A DNA stretch of 64,000 bases from a virus. The position numbers and the translations under genes are program-made. Location: IMG/VR virus record IMGVR_UViG_3300045988_176782, positions 103,279-167,278 of that record. One strand, given 5' to 3'. The notes beneath the pieces were generated by a model. It saw only the letters and a program-made list of their open reading frames with translations. It had not been told where the DNA came from and did no database searches. The stretch's first letter is position 1; each line of letters opens with the position of its first letter. Shown here piece by piece: positions 31,114-39,463 of this stretch.

Positions 31114-31546
31114 GAAAATTTATCTTGCCACTCCTGTTGGTGACCCTACAGAAATAAATATTCGCAGGAATGCAGAACAAGTTAAAAAAATTCTTGAATC
31201 TAAAGGGTTTGAGGTATATGCCCCCTGGCAGATGCATATACCGCGGGCGTGGGATTATCCAAATCAGGAATGGGGTTTAATGGTATTTACGGCTGATTTA
31301 CAGCATTTGCAAGAATGCGATATTGTAGTTGTATTGTCCTATGGTCGTATTGGCACAGCAGGGACGGCTTGGGAACAAGGCTTTGCTTATGCAAAGGGCA
31401 AAAAGATTCTTGTTGTAGAGATAACTAATCATATTCAAAGTCTTATGGTTATTAATGGCGCTAATGCTGTGATTAAATTCAAAGACCTTAATTCTTATGA
31501 TTTTGAAAAATTCCCCTACTGCCGCACTTTAACGGAGCAAAAATAA
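31103..31546 (+). CDS. nucleoside 2-deoxyribosyltransferase-family protein
   Basis: KIYLATPVG...CDIVVVLS...GTAWEQGFAYAKGKKILV is typical of the NDT fold. Apparent TTG start. Confidence 0.65.
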   Translation: MKTKKIYLATPVGDPTEINIRRNAEQVKKILESKGFEVYAPWQMHIPRAWDYPNQEWGLMVFTADLQHLQECDIVVVLSYGRIGTAGTAWEQGFAYAKGKKILVVEITNHIQSLMVINGANAVIKFKDLNSYDFEKFPYCRTLTEQK

Positions 31547-32184
31547 TGAATACAAAAATTACTTTAAAGAAAATTATTGGTCACCTCAGAACTATCCATC
31601 TCCATCGCAAATGGGTTAGGTATTTCTGTTTTAAATTTGGCTTATACAAACAAGGGTTATTGCACGATTTAAGCAAATATTCTCCAACTGAATTTTGGGA
31701 AAGTATTCGTTACTATTCTGGCACTGATAGCCCGATTAATGCCGCTAAGAAAGATAAAGGATATTCTGATGCTTGGCTTCATCATCGTGGTCGCAATATG
31801 CATCACTATGTTGCGTGGATTGATAACTTTGATAAAGGCGGAACTCCAATTCCTATGCCATATAAGTATATGATGGAGTTAATTGCTGACTATCTTGGTG
31901 CGGGCGCAGCATATAACAAGATTAAGTCTAAAAAGGATATTAATGAAATTTTCTATCGTAATGAGTATAAATGGTGGGAGCGAAATAAAGAGGGCCAAGT
32001 TATTAATCTAGTTACTAAAGATTGGATTGAATACTATTTAAAAAACTTTTGTATGAATTCTACTTTCCTGCAAGAGGAGCGTTGGCAAGCTTATCGTAAA
32101 ACTGGTCGCGTAGCAGATGAAATTATATATGAAAATCGTTGTACGGAAGAATTTCATAAACTAAAAGAAATCCTTAACGCCTGA
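31546..32184 (+). CDS. HD-motif protein (phosphohydrolase-like, function unverified)
   Basis: HLHRKW...GLLHDLSKY...WLHHRGRNMHHY His/Asp clusters. Confidence 0.4.
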   Translation: MNTKITLKKIIGHLRTIHLHRKWVRYFCFKFGLYKQGLLHDLSKYSPTEFWESIRYYSGTDSPINAAKKDKGYSDAWLHHRGRNMHHYVAWIDNFDKGGTPIPMPYKYMMELIADYLGAGAAYNKIKSKKDINEIFYRNEYKWWERNKEGQVINLVTKDWIEYYLKNFCMNSTFLQEERWQAYRKTGRVADEIIYENRCTEEFHKLKEILNA

Positions 32185-32204
32185 AATAGGGCGTTTTATT
32201 TTTT
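32176..32204 (+). terminator. intrinsic terminator
   Basis: AACGCC...GGCGTT hairpin plus a T-run. Confidence 0.7.
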
Positions 32205-32230
32205 ACTTTTTTAAAAAATCTTGTTATAAT
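32202..32230 (+). promoter_or_regulatory. promoter TTTACT-N17-TATAAT
   Basis: -35 at 32202-07, -10 at 32225-30. Confidence 0.5.
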
Positions 32231-32257
32231 AACTTATAAATGAAAGGAAGTAAGAGA

Positions 32258-32689
32258 ATGAATAAACGCGATACGCATATGTTTGAGTTGGCAAAATCGG
32301 AGAGCTTGTTGTCGGATTATAAGGGTTATAGTAATGTAAAAATTGGTTGTGTTGTAAGTTATAATGGCTCCATTATCGCACGAGGCCACAACACCGATAA
32401 GACCTCAACAATTCAATCTCGTTACAACTGTTTAAGATACGCTGAAAGTCCTACCCGATATTTTGCCGCAAAGGGACACGCGGAAATTCTTGCTCTTACT
32501 AAAATTAAGTATTTAGATATTGATTTTTCTAAAGTAAAGGTATTTGTATACCGAGAAACTAAAAATGGAAAGCCAGCTATGGCGCGACCTTGTCCTTCGT
32601 GTATGGGTTTTATTAAAGAATTGGGCATTAAAAAGATTTACTACACTACTGATTGTGGCTTTGCCTATGAAGAGCTTAAATATGATTGA
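32258..32689 (+). CDS. dCMP/cytidine deaminase-family zinc enzyme
   Basis: HAEILAL and PCPSCMGFI zinc-binding motifs. ATG 32240 is an alternative start. Confidence 0.8.
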   Translation: MNKRDTHMFELAKSESLLSDYKGYSNVKIGCVVSYNGSIIARGHNTDKTSTIQSRYNCLRYAESPTRYFAAKGHAEILALTKIKYLDIDFSKVKVFVYRETKNGKPAMARPCPSCMGFIKELGIKKIYYTTDCGFAYEELKYD

Positions 32690-33044
32690 TAGAGAAGATT
32701 TTAAAAATTATATTGATGGATTAGAAAGATATTATCGCAAAACAGAACCAGTTCTTGACTTACTGCGCAACACAGAAGATTTTGATGAACTATATTCTTC
32801 TGCCATTCAGTTACTGGCTCAATTGGTGGCATATGGTTCTTCCATTAATCCTAAATGGGTTTTAGATGATTTAGAGTATTTTATCTACGAATTAGATTAC
32901 GGTCGAGAGTATGAGCCGGGCATGATTACAGACGAACAATATCCAGGCAATATTGTTGATTTTTCCGATGCTGACCATTTATATGACTATTTAGTTTGGA
33001 GAGAACAAAATGCAAGTCTTTATATCCCTTCCAATGAAAGATAA
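32682..33044 (+). CDS. hypothetical protein
   Basis: ATG 32682 overlaps the deaminase stop. The upstream part of ORF 32544-33044 lies inside the deaminase gene. Confidence 0.45.
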   Translation: MIDREDFKNYIDGLERYYRKTEPVLDLLRNTEDFDELYSSAIQLLAQLVAYGSSINPKWVLDDLEYFIYELDYGREYEPGMITDEQYPGNIVDFSDADHLYDYLVWREQNASLYIPSNER

Positions 33045-33309
33045 AACGGAAGAAGAAATTAAAAATAATTTAAAAAATGCATTAGAAGAAGTGCGCTCTC
33101 TTACTTCTTCTTCTATGGAGCTATTAGATACTTATATTAATTTAGGGCCAGAAGCAGACGGCTTTGATTATATTGCAGAAAGCATTAAACTTATGAAAAA
33201 GGCAGATGCAATATATTTTTATGATAATTGGAAAGAAAGCAAGGGCTGTTTAATTGAACGAGTAGTTGCGGAACTTTATTGTCCAGATAAAATTATTCAA
33301 AAAAAATAA
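33010..33309 (+). CDS. DUF4406-like (nucleoside 2-deoxyribosyltransferase-fold) protein
   Basis: MQVFISLPM...ADAIYFYDNWKESKGCLIERVVA matches the W..S.G...E pattern of that family. Confidence 0.5.
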   Translation: MQVFISLPMKDKTEEEIKNNLKNALEEVRSLTSSSMELLDTYINLGPEADGFDYIAESIKLMKKADAIYFYDNWKESKGCLIERVVAELYCPDKIIQKK

Positions 33310-33330
33310 GAGGGCCGAAGCCCTCTTATT
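33301..33330. terminator. bidirectional terminator between convergent genes
   Basis: AAGAGGGC-CGAA-GCCCTCTT hairpin flanked by an A-run and T-rich sequence. Confidence 0.75.
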
Positions 33331-33619
33331 AAAGTTTTTCTATTCTATGAATTAGTGAATTTTTCCAGTCTTCTAATTCTTCAAGTGCAATAGATGCAAT
33401 AGAATCTGGTTCTTCTTTTGTTTTTTCCATAATTGCTTCAATTACAGCCTTTGTTTCTTTATAGTCTTTAGTTAGTCTGCCCGCTGCAGTTGTTATAAAG
33501 AACTTCATAATATCAGCCATTTCTGGTTCATTTTTTAGTTCTTCTGCATAATCTAATAACATAGCCGCGTCTTTAGTGTGGTCATTTAATATTTTATACA
33601 AATGTCCTAAAACTTTCAT
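33329..33619 (-). CDS. hypothetical helical protein
   Basis: Intact ORF, last gene of the minus-strand module. Confidence 0.5.
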   Translation of the reverse strand: MKVLGHLYKILNDHTKDAAMLLDYAEELKNEPEMADIMKFFITTAAGRLTKDYKETKAVIEAIMEKTKEEPDSIASIALEELEDWKNSLIHRIEKL

Positions 33620-34047
33620 AATTGTGCCCTCACTCTATAAACAGTTAATGCAGCATTAGTATATGTCGCAGCCAAGCCAGTATTTACAACTGTGAGAGTC
33701 TTTGGCATATTATTAGAAACAGCGCAGCAATTAGGCTGAACTTTAACTAAGGTAGCAAAAGAAAGATTTCCAATATCTGTTGCGGCGGTAGAATAAAATG
33801 TTGCCTCTGCTCCAGGATAAACCGTGCCATCAACTTCTAATTGAGCAGTAACGTTGCCAGCAGTAGAGCCTGTTATGGCAGCATCAGCGTTAAAAATTAC
33901 AAGATAATAGCCAGTTCCAGTTAAAGCAGTAGATGCGCTACCAGCAGTATGACGAACAAACTGACAAGCAGAAATAGCAGTATTATTGAAAGTTAGGGTT
34001 TCATTAACTGCAACTGCTTGGGAGGTATTGGTGTAGGTATTTAACAT
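33616..34047 (-). CDS. C1q/TNF-like (BclA-C-terminal-domain-like) protein
   Basis: ...TGTGYYLVIFNADAA...VDGTVYPGA... beta-rich pattern resembling exosporium BclA C-domains. No collagen repeats. Confidence 0.4.
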   Translation of the reverse strand: MLNTYTNTSQAVAVNETLTFNNTAISACQFVRHTAGSASTALTGTGYYLVIFNADAAITGSTAGNVTAQLEVDGTVYPGAEATFYSTAATDIGNLSFATLVKVQPNCCAVSNNMPKTLTVVNTGLAATYTNAALTVYRVRAQL

Positions 34048-34061
34048 TTTACCTCACCTCG

Positions 34062-34829
34062 TTAACCATTATAAGTATTATAGGTTCCACCGCAGCCGCC
34101 TTGAGAGTTGCATACACCGTAAGAAGGAATTGCACGAGGTTTAAGGATATTAACAAGATACTGAGTTTGGTTATATTGACTGATTTGGTTATTAGCTTCA
34201 ACAAGGTCACGGTCACGGTCAGCAAGACGGTCGCGCAGGTCTTGGATAGTGTTTTGAGTAATTAAGCCACGAGTAAGTTCGCCTTCTTGGTGAATTGCGG
34301 TAGTAATTTCACAAGTATTGCGATAGTCTTCGGCGGCGAGGTTAGAGATTAGCTGTTTATTTTCACAGCAGCATTGAGCCTGTTGCGCGGCGAGCTGAGC
34401 AATAGAGCCTTGAATGCCATTAAAGCCAGAACATAAATCACGGCCAACTTGATTAAAGCCTTGTAGGCTAGCAATGTTAGCACTATTAAAGCCTTGAAGC
34501 ATATTGGTATTGGTGGTATTAAAGCTCTGGAGATTGCTGGTATTTACAGTGCTAAAGCCTTGGCACAGAGACTGTGCGATGTCATTTAGCTGATTGTCTA
34601 AAGACTGATAGTTTAGGCCATCATACAGTTCTCCGCGAGTTAACGCGCCTTGAAGTGCGGCGTTTCCGTCGCCCCAGCCATTTCCAAACATACGGAAAGC
34701 ATACATCCAAATAAGATAAACGAAAGGGTTATTCCAGAGTCCATTCATACCGTAATCATCGCAATTACGATTTCCCATCATTGCTGCGATGTCAGCAGGA
34801 GACATACCGTTTTCTAACATATAGAACAC
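34062..34829 (-). CDS. Asn/Gln-rich repeat protein with Cys clusters
   Basis: Repeats LQSFN/LQGFN/LQGFNQ, a CCCEN cluster, C-terminal GVCNSQGGCGG. Confidence 0.5.
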   Translation of the reverse strand: MFYMLENGMSPADIAAMMGNRNCDDYGMNGLWNNPFVYLIWMYAFRMFGNGWGDGNAALQGALTRGELYDGLNYQSLDNQLNDIAQSLCQGFSTVNTSNLQSFNTTNTNMLQGFNSANIASLQGFNQVGRDLCSGFNGIQGSIAQLAAQQAQCCCENKQLISNLAAEDYRNTCEITTAIHQEGELTRGLITQNTIQDLRDRLADRDRDLVEANNQISQYNQTQYLVNILKPRAIPSYGVCNSQGGCGGTYNTYNG

Positions 34830-34842
34830 CTCTTATAATATA

Positions 34843-35061
34843 TTAAAAGCCTGAGCGTAAGCTATTAATGAAACTCATACCTTGATTAATTTCTTCCTCA
34901 CTAATTCCTTGCGCACGAGCTTGCTATTGAAGTTGGGATAACATATTATTGTTCAGTTTGGGAAGCCAAGCTTTAAATTGTTCTGGATTTATTTTAGGTT
35001 TCCCATTCTGTGGGAGTTGGTTTGCGGGCACTGGCATTGGATATTGGCTATACTGCATCAT
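34843..35061 (-). CDS. small protein, one in-frame TAG
   Basis: GGAGG RBS; MMQYSQYPMPVP...LSQLQ*QARAQGISEEEINQG. Confidence 0.5.
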
Positions 35062-35413
35062 TATTATTATTGCCTCCTAATAAAGTTTTTAACTTCTGTT
35101 CCAGCGCATTAACGCGAGCTTCTAAGTCAGAAGTTTCATTGTTGGTAGTTTGTGTTTGTGTTTGTGTTTGCGGTCCTTCATTGTAGGGCGCAATTCTGTA
35201 TGCTAAAAAGCTTGGAACGCCATTCTACATGGATTTAATATAAAGTAAGTTTTCACCTAAACAAAGTGCTAATGTGATTCCTGCACCGGCGGGAATATTC
35301 GCAACCTCAAGACTATTTTGGATTACATATACATTTCCATTAGGTTGCGGGAACATTGGTTGTTGCTATGGAGCATAATAGGGTGCGTTATTGCCAACAT
35401 AAGGATAACCCAT
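34994..35413 (-). CDS. hypothetical protein, three in-frame TAG
   Basis: GGGAGG RBS; MGYPYVGNNAPYYAP*QQPMFPQPNGNVYVIQNSLEVANIP...; (QT)n tract; ends TAA 34994-96, overlapping the next gene. Confidence 0.5.
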
Positions 35414-35546
35414 TATACCACCTCCCTTCATAGTATAAGTGAAAATAACGATGGGAAAACAAAAACTAATGATAAAATCGCATATTACATTAAAATATCT
35501 GAAATTATTACAAAATTATTGTAAATATGAAGATTTTGTAATAAAT

Positions 35547-35575
35547 TTGATTTATTTAAAATTTTTATCTATAAT
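35547..35575 (+). promoter_or_regulatory. promoter TTGATT-N17-TATAAT
   Basis: -35 at 35547-52, -10 at 35570-75. Confidence 0.6.
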
Positions 35576-35608
35576 ATCAATATTAGAAATACGCGAGGTG
35601 AAATTTAT

Positions 35609-35950
35609 ATGGTGACGCGAGCAATTTTAGTATGGCCCAATGATAGTGGTATTACAAGTACAAAATCACGAATATTTGACCATTCAGACCCAGAAAACTT
35701 TTCATATAGTGCGGCTTTGGTGGCTTTTGTTTTAACTCGTAAAAAGGATATTAAAGGTGGCACGATGTTTTTAGATGATGCGCCTTCTTTTGAAGGGGCA
35801 AAAGCGATTGTTGAGGCTGAACTTAAAAAAGTTGTTTATGCCAAGCAGGCGCTAACAGCAGATCAAATTTCTGCAATTCAACTTTTAGAACAATTTGGAA
35901 TTGAAACTTATTACAATCCCGGAATTGTGTTAGCAGGAGAGGAATTATAA
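35609..35950 (+). CDS. hypothetical protein
   Basis: GAGGTG RBS; intact ORF. Confidence 0.5.
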   Translation: MVTRAILVWPNDSGITSTKSRIFDHSDPENFSYSAALVAFVLTRKKDIKGGTMFLDDAPSFEGAKAIVEAELKKVVYAKQALTADQISAIQLLEQFGIETYYNPGIVLAGEEL

Positions 35951-36378
35951 TGGATTATCAACAAATTATTATTCTTGTTATTGGTGCGCTCTTTTTGGGC
36001 GGTTTAGGTGTTTGTTTTTATTTAGGGAAGGATTATTTAAAGTATCATAATATCTTTGCCCCTGTTCTTAAAGGTTTAGTTTCTGCCGCAAAAGCTTTAA
36101 GCGGCGCTGTTCCTGATAACCAGACTTTAAAAATCATTGCTTTTGTTATGAATGCAGCACTGGATGGCGCGCAAAGGGCGGAAGAACTGTGGCTAAATGG
36201 TGAGCTTGATAAAGAACAGCGTAATCATTATGCAAAACTTTATATTGCTGATATGTTGGAAAAGGCTGGTATTGACGTTAATGATAATATAAGTGCAATG
36301 ATTGATGGTTTTATCGCAGTTGCTTGTGCAATTTTCCCACACGGTCAGACACCAAAGACCAAAGAAGAAGAAAAGTAA
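35950..36378 (+). CDS. holin, LL-H-family-like
   Basis: Single N-terminal TM segment IIILVIGALFLGGLGVCFYL, and HYAKLYIADMLEKAGIDVN...IDGFIAVA as in LL-H holins. Confidence 0.6.
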   Translation: MDYQQIIILVIGALFLGGLGVCFYLGKDYLKYHNIFAPVLKGLVSAAKALSGAVPDNQTLKIIAFVMNAALDGAQRAEELWLNGELDKEQRNHYAKLYIADMLEKAGIDVNDNISAMIDGFIAVACAIFPHGQTPKTKEEEK

Positions 36379-36407
36379 GAGGCATTAGTGCCTCTTATTT
36401 TTTTTAT
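36378..36407 (+). terminator. intrinsic terminator
   Basis: AAGAGGCA/TGCCTCTT hairpin plus a T-run. Confidence 0.75.
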
Positions 36408-36465
36408 AAAAAACCAAAGCATAATAATTTTCTCTCTTCACTTACAAAATGAAGGAGGGATAAAT

Positions 36466-37119
36466 ATGTCTAAACAGCAAATCCCAATCAATGACCTTTT
36501 ACAATATTTGGATGAACAAGAAGAAAATAATACTATTTCTTGTGGCTGGACAATTATTGATTATATTTATGGCCATTATAATTTATTAAGTAAAAGAAAT
36601 ATACACACTCCAACGGCCTGGATTTTTTCTAACTGGTGTTTTGGAAACCATGGAACAATTTCAGAATACACTATCTTTATGCCCGGTATGTTAGTAAGAA
36701 AGCCAGGTTTATTTGGCGTTATACACGAAGGGAAAAATCTTCATAAACGAGAACAAACTTCCAATCTTTGGGTCTATTATACAGATACAAAATTTGGAAC
36801 AATTCTTGATGTTCCTTTTTACGCGCCGGAATGGGAACAATGGGGAACAATGAGCCAGATTTATGATTATTCTATTTATAAGCCTCAAAAGAATTTTTAT
36901 ATGTTAGGTAAGCGCAAACTCTCCATTGGAGACCATGGACTGGATGTTTTAATTTTGCAAATTGCACTTTTAAATTTTGGAGAATAGGTAAAGGTAAATG
37001 ATGATTATGATTTTGCCACTAAAACCGCTATTGAAAATATTTAGAAGTGTTTTTCTTTACCTGTTAATGGTATTGTGGATATTGATGATAATTTATTATC
37101 TTACTTACATAAGGAGTAA
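36466..37119 (+). CDS. cell-wall-associated protein with C-terminal PG_binding_1 domain; two in-frame TAG (36985, 37042)
   Basis: GGAGGG RBS. C-terminus GDHGLDVLILQIALLNFGE*VKVNDDYDFATKTAIENI*KCFSLPVNGIVD matches the peptidoglycan-binding repeat (FQ column = TAG). Confidence 0.65.
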
Positions 37120-37121
37120 AT

Positions 37122-37754
37122 ATGAATATAACAGTTAAGTTATATAATGATAAAAATATTAAATTCTATGGCTCTAATCAAATTACAATAGATTTAGAGG
37201 AATATTTGGTTGGATGTGTCGCGGCAGAAATAGGAAATGCACCACTTGAAGCTTGTAAGTCTTAGGCTGTGGCAAGCAGAACTTTTGCTCTAAATGCAAT
37301 TAAAAGTAAAGGTTATATCACAGATAAAAGTTCTTCTGACCAAGCTTTCAGAAGTGAGCGTTTAACGGGTTATCCTAATGTAATTTAGGCCGTTAAAGAT
37401 ACCGAAGGAGAAGTTTTATATTACAATGATAAACTCGCTAAAGCCTATTACTCTGCTTCTAATGGCGGCTATATGATTAGTGCAAAAACACGATGGGGTG
37501 GCGACCTGCCTTATTCTGTAAGTGGCGTTGATAAATACGATGATGGTAAAGGCAATGGCCACGGAGTTTAGTTGAGTTAGATTGGCGCGAAAAATCGTGC
37601 AAAAGCCGGTTTTGAATATAAGTAGATTTTAAGTTTTTATTATCCTGGGACAAATATTCATAAAATTGAAGAACAATCATATGAAATTAAAATCCCAATA
37701 ACTTCTGAATTATATAAAAATCTCTCAACTGCTGAGGTTGAAATGAGGAGGTGA
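37122..37754 (+). CDS. SpoIID/LytB-family lytic enzyme; five in-frame TAG
   Basis: LEEYLVGCVAAEIGNAPLEACKS*AVASRTFAL (cf. EEYL.GVV..EM....EALKAQAVAARTYA), YSASNGG, GHGV*LS*IGA (cf. GHGVGMSQ.GA), YK*ILSFYYPG. Confidence 0.8.
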
Positions 37755-37762
37755 TGCCTCTT

Positions 37763-38562
37763 ATGACTACAAACGAACAAAAAATTATAAATTGGGCAGA
37801 GTCCAAAGTCGGTTGTGGTTATGTATCGTTTGGGGAGCAACAGGATATGTATTAACAAAAACGAAGTTGCAAGAGTTAATCGCTCAGTACCCTCAATATG
37901 TTTCTGAATCAAAAAATAGTAAGTATCTTGGAAAGGCTGTATATGATTGCGCGTCGCTGGTTCGTTATGCTATGAAACAAATTGGCATTTCTATGGTAAG
38001 CGGCGCAACCAGCCAATGGAAGAAAACCAAATGGGCTCGTAAAGGCACAATTGATTAGCTTCCTAAAGATTAGGTTGCTTGCCTGTATCGTTGGACAGGC
38101 TCAGTTATGCAACATACTGGCATCTATCTTGGCAATGGCTATGTAATTGACGCCCGTGGTAGTAGTGCTGGAGTTATTAAGTCTAAGCTTTCTTCTTATC
38201 CTTGGACCCACTTTGGGCAGCCGCAAGGACTAATTAAAAAAAAACAAACTAACGAGGTGATAAGCGTGAATTATCAAGCAAAAGTAGTAGCAGACAGTGG
38301 CTCAACAGTTCGTATGCGTTCTGCTCCTTCTAAAGAAGCTAGTGTTTCTGCCACCATTGCTCTTGGGGCAATTGTTGATGTTGTTGAAGAAGCAGAAGGT
38401 TGGTGCGGCATTGTATATAATGGGCAGAAAGGCTATATGATGAGCCAATTCCTTGAAAAAACTAAAAGCGAGGAGGGGTTATATTATGTCCGAATTAAAT
38501 GCGGAAGTCAAAGTGAAGCAGAACAATTAGCAAACCTCTTACGACAAGCAACAACAAACTGA
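37763..38562 (+). CDS. NlpC/P60-type endolysin with C-terminal SH3b; needs a frame change near 37826-37832; two in-frame TAG (38056, 38071)
   Basis: AGGAGG RBS and ATG 37763 give MTTNEQKIINWAESKVGCGYVSF, stopping at 37853. Frame -1 continues WGATGYV...YDCASLVRYAMKQIGI...HTGIYLGNGYVIDA and an SH3b domain (ORFs 37792-38058 and 38107-38562). Confidence 0.65.
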
Positions 38563-38878
38563 AGAAGGAAAGCATTTCTGGCGTAATTTGTTCGCACGAG
38601 CAAACGAATTTAGTAAAAAAATTGCATTAATAGATACTTTTTCTTACATTGCTTTAATTATTTTGCTATTAATTATAATGTGGATTAGACCTGATTTGGC
38701 GATGTATTGTGTTCAAATTGTGCCTTATCTTACAACCACAGTAGTATCTTTGCGTCTTGCTTATGCGGGAAAAGCTTCTGTGGAAAACTGGAAGAAAATT
38801 TCTGCATCTGTTCAAACCCTTGATACTTCCGCCGATTTTAACGCGGAAGCAAAGGACGAAGAAAATACTTAGGGCTAA
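38486..38878 (+). CDS. membrane protein of the lysis cassette (holin/antiholin/spanin-like); two in-frame TAG
   Basis: GAGGAGGGG RBS and ATG 38486, same frame as ORF 38588-38872. Two TM segments. TAG 38870 then GGC TAA. Confidence 0.5.
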
Positions 38879-38881
38879 AAT

Positions 38882-38910
38882 TTGATTTTTTTAAAAATTT
38901 AATCTATAAT
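38882..38910 (+). promoter_or_regulatory. promoter TTGATT-N17-TATAAT
   Basis: -35 at 38882-87, -10 at 38905-10. Confidence 0.65.
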
Positions 38911-38913
38911 ATA

Positions 38914-38959
38914 TTTACAAAGTGAGGGAAGGAATTCTCTCCTTTGTAAATGTTTTTTT
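38914..38959 (+). terminator. promoter-proximal terminator-like hairpin (possible attenuator)
   Basis: TTTACAAAG...CTTTGTAAA 9-bp stem plus inner pairing, followed by TGTTTTTTT. Begins a few nt after the -10. Confidence 0.5.
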
Positions 38960-38979
38960 ATGAAAGAAGGATATAATAT

Positions 38980-39279
38980 ATGAAGTATTATTCTGAACAA
39001 CTATCTAAGTTCTATGACACTGCCGAAGCCTGTGAGGCCGCAGAAGTAGAAGCTAAGTCTGCTCAAGAAGCCAAGAAGGCGGCGGAAAATGATGCTAAGG
39101 CCCAATTACAGATTCAACAAGATACTGTAAATGCAATTCGTGAGCAATATAATGCTCTTGGCAAGCACTATAATGAAGAATACACTAAGCTAAGTAAGAT
39201 GCTAAGTGCCTATTCTCGTAAGTATGGCTATGTGCCTAAGGGTTTTAGTACCTTAGATATGTTGTTTGATTTGCTGTAA
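38980..39279 (+). CDS. hypothetical coiled-coil protein
   Basis: Intact ORF, AAGGA RBS. Confidence 0.5.
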   Translation: MKYYSEQLSKFYDTAEACEAAEVEAKSAQEAKKAAENDAKAQLQIQQDTVNAIREQYNALGKHYNEEYTKLSKMLSAYSRKYGYVPKGFSTLDMLFDLL

Positions 39280-39301
39280 GAAAATTTTATAGAATTAAAT
39301 T

Positions 39302-39330
39302 TTGACAAAAATAAAAATTTAATCTATAAT
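39302..39330 (+). promoter_or_regulatory. promoter TTGACA-N17-TATAAT driving the suppressor-tRNA transcript
   Basis: -35 at 39302-07, -10 at 39325-30. Confidence 0.7.
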
Positions 39331-39463
39331 ATATACAGAAAGTGAGAGAGAAATCTTTCACCAGACTGGCGATAGGAGTGGTGCTTATGAAACACGCTTT
39401 TACTCTGACTGGAGATAAAACTCCACCTCGCTATAAAGGGGAGAAGTAATTCTCCCCATACGA

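Noticed and set aside
32544-32681. N-terminal extension of ORF 32544-33044.
   Set aside because: This part overlaps the dCMP deaminase gene in another frame. The ATG at 32682, overlapping the deaminase stop, is the more plausible start.
37477-37912. Minus-strand ORFs 37477-37680 and 37658-37912.
   Set aside because: They are antisense to the strongly supported SpoIID and NlpC/P60 genes and have no signals.
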